Shown: positions 49,932 through 59,994, counted from the stretch's first letter. The stretch is 64,000 bases of DNA from Alphaproteobacteria bacterium MarineAlpha5_Bin12 (GCA_002937855.1 PTKS01000003.1:134433-198432), one strand, 5' to 3'. Program-made: numbers and translations. The notes: generated by a model from the letters alone, not told the origin.

Positions 49932-51296
49932 ATGTCAGATTCAATAAAATATTTGTTAGAAGAGAGTAAAGCTCCAAAATTTTGGTATAATATTAATGCG
50001 GATTTACCTAAACCGCCTCCACCTCCACTACACCCAGGTACAAAACAACCTGCTGGTCCAGATGATTTTGCTCCTTTATTTCCAATGAGTCTGATAATGC
50101 AAGAAGTTTCAGTAGAAAGAGAAATTGAAATTCCAGAACCTGTAAGAGAAATTTATAAACAATGGAGACCATCTCCTTTATTTAGAGCAAAAAGACTTGA
50201 AAAATATTTAGATACTCCCGCAAAAATATATTACAAATATGAAGGTGTGAGCCCAACAGGTAGTCACAAACCTAATACTGCTGTTCCTCAGGCTTTTTAC
50301 AATAAAGAGGAAGGTGTGAAAAAAATATTTACTGAAACTGGTGCAGGGCAGTGGGGTAGTTCACTAGCTTTTGCAGGTCAAATGTTTGGAATTGAGATTG
50401 AGGTATTTATGGTTAAAATTAGTTTTGATCAGAAGCCATATAGAAAATTTATGATGCAATCATTTGGAGCTAAATGTAATCCAAGTCCATCTTCTGCAAC
50501 TGATTTTGGAAAAAAACTTATTGATGAAGATCAAAACAATCCAGGAAGCTTAGGTATTGCAATTTCAGAAGCAATTGAAGCAGTAGTTAAAAGTGGAGGT
50601 AATGCAAAATATTCTTTAGGAAGTGTATTGGGACATGTACTAATGCACCAAACTATTAATGGTAATGAAGCAATTTTACAAATGGAACAAGCAGGTGATT
50701 ATCCAGATATAATAGTAGGTTGTACTGGTGGAGGAAGTAATTTATCTGGATTAATGTTTCCATTTTTGGGCCAACAACTTAGAGGCGGAAAAAAGATTGA
50801 TATTATAGGTTGTGAGCCATTATCTTGCCCATCTTTTACTAAAGGAAAATATGCATATGATCATGGGGATATGGCTAGGATGACTCCATTAATAAAAATG
50901 CATACCTTAGGATCTAGTTTTTTGCCACCAGCAAATCACTCAGGTGGTTTAAGATATCATGGAATGTCATATCACCTAAGTCACTTACTTGAACTTGGAC
51001 TTATCCGAGCCAAAGCTTATGGACAAAGAGAATGCTTTGAAGCGGGTGTGAGTTTTGCTAAAAATGAAGGAATAATTCCAGCTCCTGAAGCAAATCATGC
51101 AGTAAAAGGTGCGATTGACGCAGCACTAGAATGTAAAGCAAAAGGTGAATCAAAAACCATATTGTTTAATTTATGTGGCCATGGTCATTTTGATATGCAA
51201 GCTTATGATGATTATTTTAATAATAATTTAGCTGAAGATGTATATAACGAAAAAGAAGTCAATAAAGCTCTAGAATCATTACCTGAAGTAGCTTAA
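49932..51296 (+). CDS. TrpB2-like PLP-dependent beta-replacement enzyme (tryptophan synthase beta-like)
   Basis: 454 aa. PLP-lysine motif SPTGSHKPNTAVPQAF, TETGAGQWGSSLA and GCTGGGSN. The N-terminal extension and length are typical of the TrpB2 branch rather than TrpB1. Confidence 0.88.
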   Translation: MSDSIKYLLEESKAPKFWYNINADLPKPPPPPLHPGTKQPAGPDDFAPLFPMSLIMQEVSVEREIEIPEPVREIYKQWRPSPLFRAKRLEKYLDTPAKIYYKYEGVSPTGSHKPNTAVPQAFYNKEEGVKKIFTETGAGQWGSSLAFAGQMFGIEIEVFMVKISFDQKPYRKFMMQSFGAKCNPSPSSATDFGKKLIDEDQNNPGSLGIAISEAIEAVVKSGGNAKYSLGSVLGHVLMHQTINGNEAILQMEQAGDYPDIIVGCTGGGSNLSGLMFPFLGQQLRGGKKIDIIGCEPLSCPSFTKGKYAYDHGDMARMTPLIKMHTLGSSFLPPANHSGGLRYHGMSYHLSHLLELGLIRAKAYGQRECFEAGVSFAKNEGIIPAPEANHAVKGAIDAALECKAKGESKTILFNLCGHGHFDMQAYDDYFNNNLAEDVYNEKEVNKALESLPEVA

Positions 51297-51309
51297 CTAA
51301 GAAATTTTT

Positions 51310-52548
51310 ATGCGTTTTATTAATCCATTCAAAGGTTTAAGACCTAATATTCAAAACAACAGTAAAAATAATTCAATTGTTATTCCAAGTACAGATCATT
51401 TATCAAAAGAAATAATCAATGATCATAAAAAAAATATTCCTTGGAGTTTTTTACATGTTTTAAATCCCAATACTGATAATTCTTTATCTGAAAAGGAAGT
51501 TAAAAATAAAGCAAAACAACAATTTGACCTAATGAAAAAAAATAATATCATCAACAAAGATGAAAAAGACTCTTATTATATATACAAAATATCTTCAAAA
51601 GATCACACACAAACAGGTATTATTGGAACAACTTTATTATCTAATTATGATAATTTGCATATTAGAGGGCATGAAGAAATTTATTTGGAAAGAGCTCAAG
51701 AAAGATCTGATCAAATGTTAAATTTAAATGCTCAAATCGGTCCAATTTATGTAATATATCCAGATAACAAAGACTTAGACGAATTAATTAATACTCAAAT
51801 TACTTTGCCTCCAGATTTTTCATTTAAAGCACTTGACGAATGTGATCATTATTTATGGGTAATTGATGATATAAATAAAATTAATGAAATCAGTAATTTA
51901 TTTAATAATATAAATAGAGTATATATAGCTGATGGACATCATAGAATTGAAGCCATGCAAAAATTATCAGATTATAAAAAACATCAAAATTTAGAACATA
52001 CAGGAAGTGAATTATACAATTATACAATGATAGCTGCATTTCCTCAAAGTCATGCTAGAATTCTTGATTATAACAGACTTATAAAAGACCTTTATGGGTA
52101 TTCTCCAAATAATTTTTTAAAAGAAGTCAAAAAGAAGTTTGTAGTTGAAAAAAAAGATACTTTACATAGTCCTATTAAACCAAGAACTTTTGGAATGTAT
52201 TTAGATAAAAATTGGTATTCATTAGGATTAAAAAAAGAACCAGAACAAGACTTATTTCACATAAATAATCTTGATATAAATTTATTACATTATTATTTGT
52301 TAGAACCAATTTTAGGTATAGGGGATCCAAGATACGATAAAAGATTAGATTTTATTTCTGGTTTTCATGGAATTGAAGCAATTCAAAAAAAAGTAGATAA
52401 TGGAGAAGCAAAGATTGGATTTTCTTTATTTCCAACTCAAATAGATGATGTTATAGTATTTGCTGATAAAAAATTTACAATGCCACCAAAATCAACATGG
52501 TTCGACCCAAAGCCACTAGATGGATTAGTTTCTTTTGATTTCGAATAA
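51310..52548 (+). CDS. DUF1015-family protein (function unknown)
   Basis: 412 aa. Has an ADGHHR motif, and its length and position next to serC/serA are as commonly seen for this family. Confidence 0.8.
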   Translation: MRFINPFKGLRPNIQNNSKNNSIVIPSTDHLSKEIINDHKKNIPWSFLHVLNPNTDNSLSEKEVKNKAKQQFDLMKKNNIINKDEKDSYYIYKISSKDHTQTGIIGTTLLSNYDNLHIRGHEEIYLERAQERSDQMLNLNAQIGPIYVIYPDNKDLDELINTQITLPPDFSFKALDECDHYLWVIDDINKINEISNLFNNINRVYIADGHHRIEAMQKLSDYKKHQNLEHTGSELYNYTMIAAFPQSHARILDYNRLIKDLYGYSPNNFLKEVKKKFVVEKKDTLHSPIKPRTFGMYLDKNWYSLGLKKEPEQDLFHINNLDINLLHYYLLEPILGIGDPRYDKRLDFISGFHGIEAIQKKVDNGEAKIGFSLFPTQIDDVIVFADKKFTMPPKSTWFDPKPLDGLVSFDFE

Positions 52549-53711
52549 TGGAAAAAATATTTAAACCATCAGTAAAACCATCAAACCCATATTTTTCAAG
52601 TGGTCCATGCTCAAAAAGACCAGGATGGAATATTGATAATTTAAAAAATTCAAGTATCGGTAGATCTCATAGATCGCCAGAATGTAAAAACAAGTTAAAT
52701 GATGTAATTATCAAATCAAAAAAAATTTTGAATATACCAGACTCATATGTTTTAGGTATTATGCCCGCTTCAGATACAGGCGCATTGGAAGCAGCATTAT
52801 GGTCTTTATTAGGGTTTACTGGAGTGGATGTTCTTGCATGGGAAAATTTTGGTAATGATTGGGTAATTGATATTATTGAGCAACTTAAAATAAAAAATGT
52901 AAATAAACATAGTGCAAATTATGGAAAAATTCCAAATTTAAAAAATATAAATTTTGCTAATGATGTTGTTTTTACTTGGAATGGCACAACATCAGGAGTT
53001 TGTGTGCCAAATGCAAATTGGATTCCAAATGATAGAAAAGGACTGACTATTTGCGATGCTACATCAGCAGTATTTGCAATGAATATTGAATTTGACAAAC
53101 TAGATGTCATAACTTGGTCGTGGCAAAAGGTTTTAGGTGGCGAAGCAGCTCATGGAATGCTAGCATTATCACCTCGAGCAATAAAAAGATTAGAAGAATA
53201 TTCACCAAAATGGCCAATTCCAAAAATTTTTAGAATTTCAAAAAAAAATAATGTTATTAAAGGAATTTTTGAGGGCAGCACAATTAATACACCTTCTATG
53301 ATTTGTGTAGAGGATGCACTAGATTCATTAAATTGGGTTGAGTCAATAGGTGGTAATAATGAGTTAATTAAATTATCTAGCAAAAATCTTCAAATTGTTA
53401 ATCAATGGATTTTAAAAAGTGAATGGATAGAATTTTTAAATTCAGATGAAAATACAAGATCATGTACTAGTATTACTCTTAAAATTAAAGACTCTTGGTT
53501 TAATGATTTTGAAGAAGATAAACAGAGATCTATAATAAAAAAATTAGTCAAATTATTAGAAGAAGAAAAAGTAGCATTTGATATAAATGGTTACAATAAA
53601 GCACCTCCAAGTTTAAGATTGTGGGGTGGAGCTACAGTTGAAAATGAAAATATGGAAAATTTATTGCCTTGGATAGATTGGGCATATAATACAGTAAAAA
53701 GTAATGCCTAA
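52548..53711 (+). CDS. serC: Phosphoserine aminotransferase (alphaproteobacterial/archaeal type)
   Basis: 387 aa class V aminotransferase. Candidate PLP-Lys context [10 protein letters not shown]. Linked to serA. Confidence 0.85.
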   Translation: MEKIFKPSVKPSNPYFSSGPCSKRPGWNIDNLKNSSIGRSHRSPECKNKLNDVIIKSKKILNIPDSYVLGIMPASDTGALEAALWSLLGFTGVDVLAWENFGNDWVIDIIEQLKIKNVNKHSANYGKIPNLKNINFANDVVFTWNGTTSGVCVPNANWIPNDRKGLTICDATSAVFAMNIEFDKLDVITWSWQKVLGGEAAHGMLALSPRAIKRLEEYSPKWPIPKIFRISKKNNVIKGIFEGSTINTPSMICVEDALDSLNWVESIGGNNELIKLSSKNLQIVNQWILKSEWIEFLNSDENTRSCTSITLKIKDSWFNDFEEDKQRSIIKKLVKLLEEEKVAFDINGYNKAPPSLRLWGGATVENENMENLLPWIDWAYNTVKSNA

Positions 53712-54642
53712 AGTATTAATTTCAGATTCAATGAGCGACCTTGCTAAAAAAACTTTAGAAAATATTAATATTGATGTTGATGTTAAAACAGATCTTTCTG
53801 AAGAAGAATTAATTAAAATAATTAATGATTATGATGCATTAATTGTTAGATCAGCTACAAAAGTTACTAAAAAAATTATAAATTCTGGAAAAAATTTAAA
53901 AGTCATTGGAAGAGCTGGAGCAGGAGTTGATAATATAGATCTTATATCTGCTAAAGAAAATAATGTACTTGTGATGAATACACCAGGAGCAAATGCTAAT
54001 GCTACGGCAGAACATACATTAGCTTTAATTTTGTCTTTAATTAGAAATATTCCTATCGCAAATACTTCAACTCATAATGGAAAATGGGAAAAAAAGAATT
54101 TTAAAGGAATAGAACTTTCTAAAAAAACAATTGGAATCATTGGATTTGGAAATGTTTCAATTAATTTATGTAAACTTTTAAATGGTTTTGATATGAATAT
54201 TATCGCCTTTTCAAACTCATTAAACAATAGAAAAAAAGAATTTCCAAATATTAAAAGTGTAAGCTTAGAAGAATTAATTTCAAATAGCGATATAATAACA
54301 ATGCATTGTAAAGCAACAAAAGATGGAAAACCTCTAATTAATATTGATCATTTTAGAAAAATGAAAAAAACTGCGTATATAATTAACGCAGCAAGAGGTA
54401 ATATTATTAATGAAAATGATTTAAATACAGCATTAAATGAAAATTTAATTACTGGTGCAGCAATAGATGTTTTTTCTAAAGAACCAGCTGAATCAAATGT
54501 CCTATTTAATAATCCAAAAGTAGTTCTTACACCTCACATAGCAGCTTCTACCAAAGAGGCTCAAGTTAATGTTGCTACAATGATTTCAGAACAAATAGGT
54601 AATTATTTATTAAATAAACAACAAGTAAATATAGTGAAATAA
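53704..54642 (+). CDS. serA: D-3-phosphoglycerate dehydrogenase, short form without ACT/ASB regulatory domains
   Basis: 312 aa. The N-terminal 300 aa are colinear with long PGDHs ([37 protein letters not shown]), but the ORF stops right after the catalytic core. Confidence 0.85.
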   Translation: MPKVLISDSMSDLAKKTLENINIDVDVKTDLSEEELIKIINDYDALIVRSATKVTKKIINSGKNLKVIGRAGAGVDNIDLISAKENNVLVMNTPGANANATAEHTLALILSLIRNIPIANTSTHNGKWEKKNFKGIELSKKTIGIIGFGNVSINLCKLLNGFDMNIIAFSNSLNNRKKEFPNIKSVSLEELISNSDIITMHCKATKDGKPLINIDHFRKMKKTAYIINAARGNIINENDLNTALNENLITGAAIDVFSKEPAESNVLFNNPKVVLTPHIAASTKEAQVNVATMISEQIGNYLLNKQQVNIVK

Positions 54643-54646
54643 TAAT

Positions 54647-56509
54647 TTATTTTTCTATGAATAATGAAGTTAAATTATTTATATATTCAGAAGGATTTTT
54701 AACTGGATTGCCATCAAGTATATTTGCTTGATCAAATATTAAATTTGCAATTTTTTTATGATCAATTGAAGATAAAGAATTAGAAATTTTTATAATCATT
54801 GCATGATTAGGATTTATCTCTAATATTTTTTTATTATTTTCAAGTGATTGATTATGCATTTTCATAATTTTTTCCATATTTATATCCATTCCTTCTTCAT
54901 CTGCAACTAACAAGAGAGGGCTTTTTGTTAAACGTGAAGAAACTCTGACATCTTTGATTTTATCTTTTAATTCTAACTTAATTAAATTTATCAAATCATT
55001 AATTTCTTTAGATGATTCCTTAGTATTTTCTTTATTTTTATTATCTTTATCTAAATTAATAAACCCCTTTGTAATAGATTTAAATTCTTTTTCTTTATAT
55101 TTGTTTATATTATTCACCCAAAAACCATCAACAGGATCTGTCATAATTAATACTGGTATCTTATCTTCTATAAATTTTTCTAATTGAGGACTTTTTATTA
55201 TACTCTCATATTCGGCATCATAATTTGAGAAATAAAAGATTTCTTTTTGTTTATCATTAGATTTTTCTATATATTCATCTAATGAGATCATTTCTTTATT
55301 TATTGTAGATTTGAAAAATGTAAATTCTAAAATTTTATTTTGATATTCATTATTTTCATATAGACCCTCTTTAATTACAGCTCCAAATATTTTCCAAAAT
55401 TCTATAAATTTATTTTTATCCTTATCTAATAATAATTTTATTTCATTTAAAACTTTATTTGTAATTCCTTTTTTAATTTTTTGTATTACTGGATTATTTT
55501 GCAACATTTCCCTACTTATATTTAATGAGATATCTTTAGAATCTATAACTCCTGGAATAAATCTTAACCAATTAGGAATAATGTTTTCGCAATCATCAGT
55601 TATAAATATTTTTTGTATATATAACTTGATTTTGTTTTTTCTGTCAGGATTGAATAAATCTATTGGTTGTTTTGATGGAAAATATAATAAAGAATTATAA
55701 TTTAAGACACCTTCGGCTTGGAAGTGTATTGTTTTGATAGGATCATCAAAATTATATGATATGCTTTTATAGAATTGATTATAATCTTCTTCTTTTATAT
55801 CTTTTTTGTTTTTTAGCCATAATGGTTCACCTTCATTTATTTTTTCAGGTTTATTTTTTTTCTCATCTTCATTCAATAAAGAAATTGGGAAAGGTATATA
55901 ATTTGAATATTTTGTAATAATATTGCTTAAAGTCATAAAATCTAGAAATTCAGAAGAGTCTTTTTTAATAAATAATTTAACATCAGTTCCTTTATTTTTT
56001 TTACTATCTTTATTTAGTGTAAAATTATTTTTTCCATCTGATTCCCATTTCCAAGAATCTATTTCACCAGCTTTTTTTGAAGAAACCTCAACTTTATTTG
56101 ACACCATATAAGATGCATAAAAACCTACGCCAAATTGACCAATTGACGAGATATCATCTTTATTTTTAATATTCTCTAAAAATTTAGAAGTTCCTGATCT
56201 AGCAATTGTGCCTAAATTTTCTATTAATTCTTCTTTTGACATTCCTATGCCATTATCTGAAATCTGAATATAATTATTCTTTTTTGAAAAATTAATATTA
56301 ATAAAAAATTTATCTTCTTTTTCTATTAAATTTTGATTACTTGTTGATAAATATCTTAATTTTTCACATGCATCGGCAGAATTTGATATTAATTCTCTTA
56401 AAAAAATTTCTCTATCGCTATACAAGCTATTAGCAACAATATCTAATAAACGGCTGACCTCTGCTTTAAATTCTAAATTTTCGCTAAAATCTTCTTTTTT
56501 TTCTGACAT
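54647..56509 (-). CDS. htpG: Molecular chaperone HtpG (Hsp90)
   Basis: 620 aa. Motifs RELISNSADA, GQFGVGFYAS and LNISREMLQ. Confidence 0.95.
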   Translation of the reverse strand: MSEKKEDFSENLEFKAEVSRLLDIVANSLYSDREIFLRELISNSADACEKLRYLSTSNQNLIEKEDKFFININFSKKNNYIQISDNGIGMSKEELIENLGTIARSGTSKFLENIKNKDDISSIGQFGVGFYASYMVSNKVEVSSKKAGEIDSWKWESDGKNNFTLNKDSKKNKGTDVKLFIKKDSSEFLDFMTLSNIITKYSNYIPFPISLLNEDEKKNKPEKINEGEPLWLKNKKDIKEEDYNQFYKSISYNFDDPIKTIHFQAEGVLNYNSLLYFPSKQPIDLFNPDRKNKIKLYIQKIFITDDCENIIPNWLRFIPGVIDSKDISLNISREMLQNNPVIQKIKKGITNKVLNEIKLLLDKDKNKFIEFWKIFGAVIKEGLYENNEYQNKILEFTFFKSTINKEMISLDEYIEKSNDKQKEIFYFSNYDAEYESIIKSPQLEKFIEDKIPVLIMTDPVDGFWVNNINKYKEKEFKSITKGFINLDKDNKNKENTKESSKEINDLINLIKLELKDKIKDVRVSSRLTKSPLLLVADEEGMDINMEKIMKMHNQSLENNKKILEINPNHAMIIKISNSLSSIDHKKIANLIFDQANILDGNPVKNPSEYINNLTSLFIEK

Positions 56510-56572
56510 TTTATTTTTTTATATATATTTAATTAATATTTATAACACAATCAAGATGTACATGTTTAAATC

Positions 56573-57205
56573 ATGATTTTTAATAAATTATTTAAAATTG
56601 ATACATATCTTTTTATTTTTTGGATTACAATTATTTTTATTTATTCTTGTACCAATGTAAAGCCTGAGTCAACTGCTGATAGTTGTATATTATTTGAAGA
56701 AAAAAAAAGATGGTATAAAGACACAAAAAAAAGCTATGATAAATGGGGAGTTCCAATAAGCGTTCAATTAGCTATTATCAATCAAGAATCTTCTTTTAAA
56801 CAATTTGCAAAACCCAAAAGAAAAAAATTATTAAATTTAATTCCATGGAATCGACCATCCACAGCATTTGGATATGCACAAGTAACAGATCCTACTTGGG
56901 AATGGTATAAATCAAAAACTAATAATTTAAATGCATCCCGAGCAAACTTTACTGACATTACAGATTTTATAGGTTGGTATGTAACTCAATCAAAAAATAT
57001 GCTTGGAATTAAAAAAAATGATGCTTACAATCAATATTTAGCATATCATGAAGGTCAAAATGGTTGGAAAAATAAAACTTATTTAAATAAAGAATGGTTA
57101 ATTCAAGTTGCAAAAAACGTTGATAAAAAATCTTTAATGTATAATATGCAACTTATGAAATGTGAGGATGAATTAAATAAAAAAGGATTTTTTGGATTTT
57201 TTTAA
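56573..57205 (+). CDS. Putative lipoprotein with lytic-transglycosylase-like (SLT) features
   Basis: 210 aa. Signal peptide with a lipobox (IFIYS|C). QESSF has a candidate catalytic Glu, and FGYAQV resembles the SLT GLMQ motif. Confidence 0.6.
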   Translation: MIFNKLFKIDTYLFIFWITIIFIYSCTNVKPESTADSCILFEEKKRWYKDTKKSYDKWGVPISVQLAIINQESSFKQFAKPKRKKLLNLIPWNRPSTAFGYAQVTDPTWEWYKSKTNNLNASRANFTDITDFIGWYVTQSKNMLGIKKNDAYNQYLAYHEGQNGWKNKTYLNKEWLIQVAKNVDKKSLMYNMQLMKCEDELNKKGFFGFF

Positions 57206-58374
57206 TGCCAGTATTAAATAGTATAGCTGATATGAGTAAAGAAATGGCTGAGTGGAGACGACATCTCCATTCTATTCCTGAGCTTTGCTTTAAAGAACAT
57301 AAAACAGCTGAATTTATATCTTCAAAACTTAAAGAATGGGGTATTAAACATCAAACAAAAATCGCTAAAACAGGCATAGTGGCGCAAATTAAAGGTAATA
57401 AAGGAAATAGCAACAAAACTATTGGATTAAGAGCTGATATAGATGCTTTACCAATACAAGAGCCAAATAATTTTGAATATAAATCAACTCATGAAGGAGC
57501 ATCACATAAATGTGGTCATGATGGTCATACAACTTTGTTGTTGGGTGCTGCAAAATATTTGTCAGAGAATCCTGATTTTGATGGAACTGTTAACTTGATT
57601 TTTCAACCTGCTGAAGAAGGAGGAGGCGGTGCCAACGAGATGATTAAAGATGGACTTTTAGAAAAATATCCAATGTCGAAAGTTTATGGGATGCATAATT
57701 GGCCTGACATACCAAAAGGAAAATTTAGTATCCGTCCAGGTCCTATTATGGCTGCTGTAGATACCATACAAATAAATATAAAAGGTCGAGGAGGTCATGC
57801 TGCAATGCCTCATCAAACTATTGATCCAATTATTGTTGGAGCACAAATAGTTAGTGCTTTACAAACTATACCAAGTCGAACTATTGATCCAATTGATACA
57901 ATTGTTCTAAGTGTAACCCAATTTCATGCCGGCACTACTCATAACGTAATACCAGATGATGTTTTTATTGAAGGAACATTAAGAACATTTTCAAAAAAAA
58001 TAAGGGAACAAGCAATAAAACGGATAAAAGAAATAAGTGATAATTTAGCTAAAAGTTTTGGTGCAAATGCAGATGTAATCATACTTGATGGATATCCAGC
58101 AACAGTTAATAATGATGCAGAATCAATCGTTGCTGCCGATACCGCAAGTGAAATAGTTGGTAAAGAAAATGTTGAGTATAATATGAGACCAATTATGGGC
58201 TCTGAAGATTTTTCATTTATGCTGAATAATGTTCCCGGAGCATTTATTTTTATTGGTCAAGGTGATGATGAACATAAAGTAGCTTGTCACCACCAACAAT
58301 ATGATTTTAATGATGAAATACTACCTATAGGAAGTTCATATTGGGTAAAATTAGTTCAAAATCTTTTAAAATAA
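57205..58374 (+). CDS. M20D-family amidohydrolase (N-acyl-amino-acid / hippurate hydrolase-like)
   Basis: 389 aa. Motifs HKCGHDGHT, FQPAEEGGGGA and GSEDFS. Confidence 0.88.
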   Translation: MPVLNSIADMSKEMAEWRRHLHSIPELCFKEHKTAEFISSKLKEWGIKHQTKIAKTGIVAQIKGNKGNSNKTIGLRADIDALPIQEPNNFEYKSTHEGASHKCGHDGHTTLLLGAAKYLSENPDFDGTVNLIFQPAEEGGGGANEMIKDGLLEKYPMSKVYGMHNWPDIPKGKFSIRPGPIMAAVDTIQINIKGRGGHAAMPHQTIDPIIVGAQIVSALQTIPSRTIDPIDTIVLSVTQFHAGTTHNVIPDDVFIEGTLRTFSKKIREQAIKRIKEISDNLAKSFGANADVIILDGYPATVNNDAESIVAADTASEIVGKENVEYNMRPIMGSEDFSFMLNNVPGAFIFIGQGDDEHKVACHHQQYDFNDEILPIGSSYWVKLVQNLLK

Positions 58375-58381
58375 ATTAAAA

Positions 58382-58642
58382 ATGTCAGCTGAAATTGAAA
58401 TGTATACTGGACCTCGTTGCATTTATTGTGACAGAGCAAAAAAATTACTAAATCAAAAAGGCTTAGTTTTTAAAGAATTAGATATTAATCAAAATCCAAA
58501 ATTAAAAGATGAAATGTTAATTAGAACCGGAGGAAAAAAAACCATTCCTCAAATTTTTATTAATAAAAAATCTATTGGTGGATTTGATGAATTATACTCA
58601 TTAGAATTAATAGGTGATTTAGATAAAATATTAGGGACTTAA
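58382..58642 (+). CDS. grxC: Glutaredoxin 3
   Basis: 86 aa. Motifs CIYC, TIPQIFI and GGFDEL. Confidence 0.9.
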   Translation: MSAEIEMYTGPRCIYCDRAKKLLNQKGLVFKELDINQNPKLKDEMLIRTGGKKTIPQIFINKKSIGGFDELYSLELIGDLDKILGT

Positions 58643-59418
58643 TTCTTTTTAGCTATTTTTTTACTTTCTTCCCAATAATATTCTATTTTTTGAAAATTTA
58701 AATCTTTAATATCTATTTTTTTCTTCATAAGATTTTTTTCCATAATTTTAAATCTTTTAGCAAATTTTTTATTTGCTGAAGCTAAAATTGTTTCAGGATT
58801 TAAATTTAATTTTCTTGATAAATCAATTGTAGCAAAAATTAAATCTCCAAGCTCTTCTTTGATTTTATTTATTTTTTTTCTCTTTATTTCCTTTTTTAAT
58901 TCATTAATTTCTTCTTCAACTTTTTTAAGCGCTTGATTTATATTTTCATAATCAAAACCATATTTTGCTACTTTTTTTTGAATTTTATGTGCTTTGATTT
59001 GTGAAGGGAAAGTATTTGGTATCGTATCTAATATACTTTTAGAATTCTTTTTTTTAGATTTTTCCCACCAGTTTTTAAAATCTTTCATATTGTTAAATTT
59101 TTTATTTGAAAAAACGTGTGGGTGTCTAAAAACCATTTTTTTTGCAATTTTATCTACTACATCATTAAAATCAAATTTTTTCTTTTCTTTAGCTATTTGA
59201 GACAAGTAAATGACTTGAAATAGCAAATCTCCTAATTCATTTTCTAAATTTATGTAATTTTTATTATAAATTTCTTCTGCTACTTCATAAACTTCTTCTA
59301 TTGAGTGAGGAATTATAGACTCAAAGGTTTGTTTTTTATCCCAAGGACAACCTGATTTAGGGTCTCTTAATTCTTCCATTATTTTTAAAAGATCCGATAT
59401 TTTATATTTTTTTTTCAT
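58639..59418 (-). CDS. mazG: Nucleoside triphosphate pyrophosphohydrolase MazG
   Basis: 259 aa. Two tandem MazG domains (EEVYEVAEEI ... ELGDLLFQV and EEINELKKEI ... EELGDLIFA). Confidence 0.9.
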   Translation of the reverse strand: MKKKYKISDLLKIMEELRDPKSGCPWDKKQTFESIIPHSIEEVYEVAEEIYNKNYINLENELGDLLFQVIYLSQIAKEKKKFDFNDVVDKIAKKMVFRHPHVFSNKKFNNMKDFKNWWEKSKKKNSKSILDTIPNTFPSQIKAHKIQKKVAKYGFDYENINQALKKVEEEINELKKEIKRKKINKIKEELGDLIFATIDLSRKLNLNPETILASANKKFAKRFKIMEKNLMKKKIDIKDLNFQKIEYYWEESKKIAKKN

Positions 59419-59420
59419 AT

Positions 59421-59455
59421 AAAAAAAGCTCTCTAACGTTAATCAGAGAGCTTTT
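59421..59455 (-). terminator. Rho-independent terminator ending the small-membrane-protein operon
   Basis: The minus strand reads AGCTCTCT-GATTAACGTT-AGAGAGCT followed by T7. The flanking A-run on the other side makes it formally bidirectional. It sits between the stop at 59475 and the mazG start at 59418. Confidence 0.75.
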
Positions 59456-59474
59456 AAATTTTAAAGTTTACTTT

Positions 59475-59693
59475 TTATCGTCTAAATAGACCGTAAAGTA
59501 TTCCTAAAGTTATTACTCCAATAAGTCCGCTATTACCTAGCTGGCTTATCAACATCGAAATATTATCAACTACATCGAAGCCAACAAATGGAATTGCATC
59601 TCCGAAAATAACTCCAAGTACAACAATTAACGGAATTATTGCCATAGCAATATCCATTACACTTGAAAGGAAACCTTTTACTGTATTCATCAT
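59475..59693 (-). CDS. Small two-helix membrane protein, paralog 1 (unknown family)
   Basis: 72 aa: MMNTVKGFLSSVMDIAMAIIPLIVVLGVIFGDAIPFVGFDVVDNISMLISQLGNSGLIGVITLGILYGLFRR. AAGGAG lies 8 nt upstream of the ATG. Confidence 0.65.
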   Translation of the reverse strand: MMNTVKGFLSSVMDIAMAIIPLIVVLGVIFGDAIPFVGFDVVDNISMLISQLGNSGLIGVITLGILYGLFRR

Positions 59694-59725
59694 TGCTTTT
59701 ACTCCTTATTTTGAAAATATAGGAT

Positions 59726-59947
59726 CTATCTTCTCATGTAGAGCCACACTACAAGACCAATAGTAATAATCCCTACAAGTCCGTCAGCGCCCAATTGAGA
59801 AGTAAGAGCCGTGATGTTGTCTAATATTCCAATCCCTATGAATGGAACAGCGCTGCCAAAAATGATTTCTAGAACTACGGCTACAGCAATAACCAGTAGA
59901 CCAACTTCTGCAATCTCTTTCAACCAGCCTTTAACATTATCAAGCAT
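59726..59947 (-). CDS. Small two-helix membrane protein, paralog 2 (unknown family)
   Basis: 73 aa from the ATG at 59947: MLDNVKGWLKEIAEVGLLVIAVAVVLEIIFGSAVPFIGIGILDNITALTSQLGADGLVGIITIGLVVWLYMRR. It is preceded by AAGGAG plus a 5-nt spacer. The ORF-track GTG start at 59971 would place that SD inside the coding sequence. Confidence 0.65.
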   Translation of the reverse strand: MLDNVKGWLKEIAEVGLLVIAVAVVLEIIFGSAVPFIGIGILDNITALTSQLGADGLVGIITIGLVVWLYMRR

Positions 59948-59977
59948 TTTAACTCCTTGATTAATCATCACGATAAA

Positions 59978-59994
59978 TCTAGGCTTATCCTAGA
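59978..59994 (-). other. 6-bp inverted repeat (TCTAGG-N5-CCTAGA) in the presumed 5' leader of the small-protein operon
   Basis: Read directly from the sequence. It is the only G/C-containing structured element in the otherwise almost pure A/T spacer and lies about 30 nt upstream of the 59947 start. Confidence 0.3.

Noticed and set aside
56510-56572. Possible sigma-32 promoter (CTTGA) and 8-bp palindrome ATGTACAT upstream of htpG
   Set aside because: Only the CTTG half is present. No CYTAT-like -10 lies at the right spacing. The palindrome is short and unsupported.
59475-59971. Idea that the tandem small proteins are a two-peptide bacteriocin, F-type ATPase c subunits or conjugative pilins
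   Set aside because: There is no double-glycine leader, immunity gene or export ABC gene nearby. There is no conserved carboxylate in helix 2 and no atp genes. There is no long signal peptide and no T4SS genes. They are left as an unknown family.
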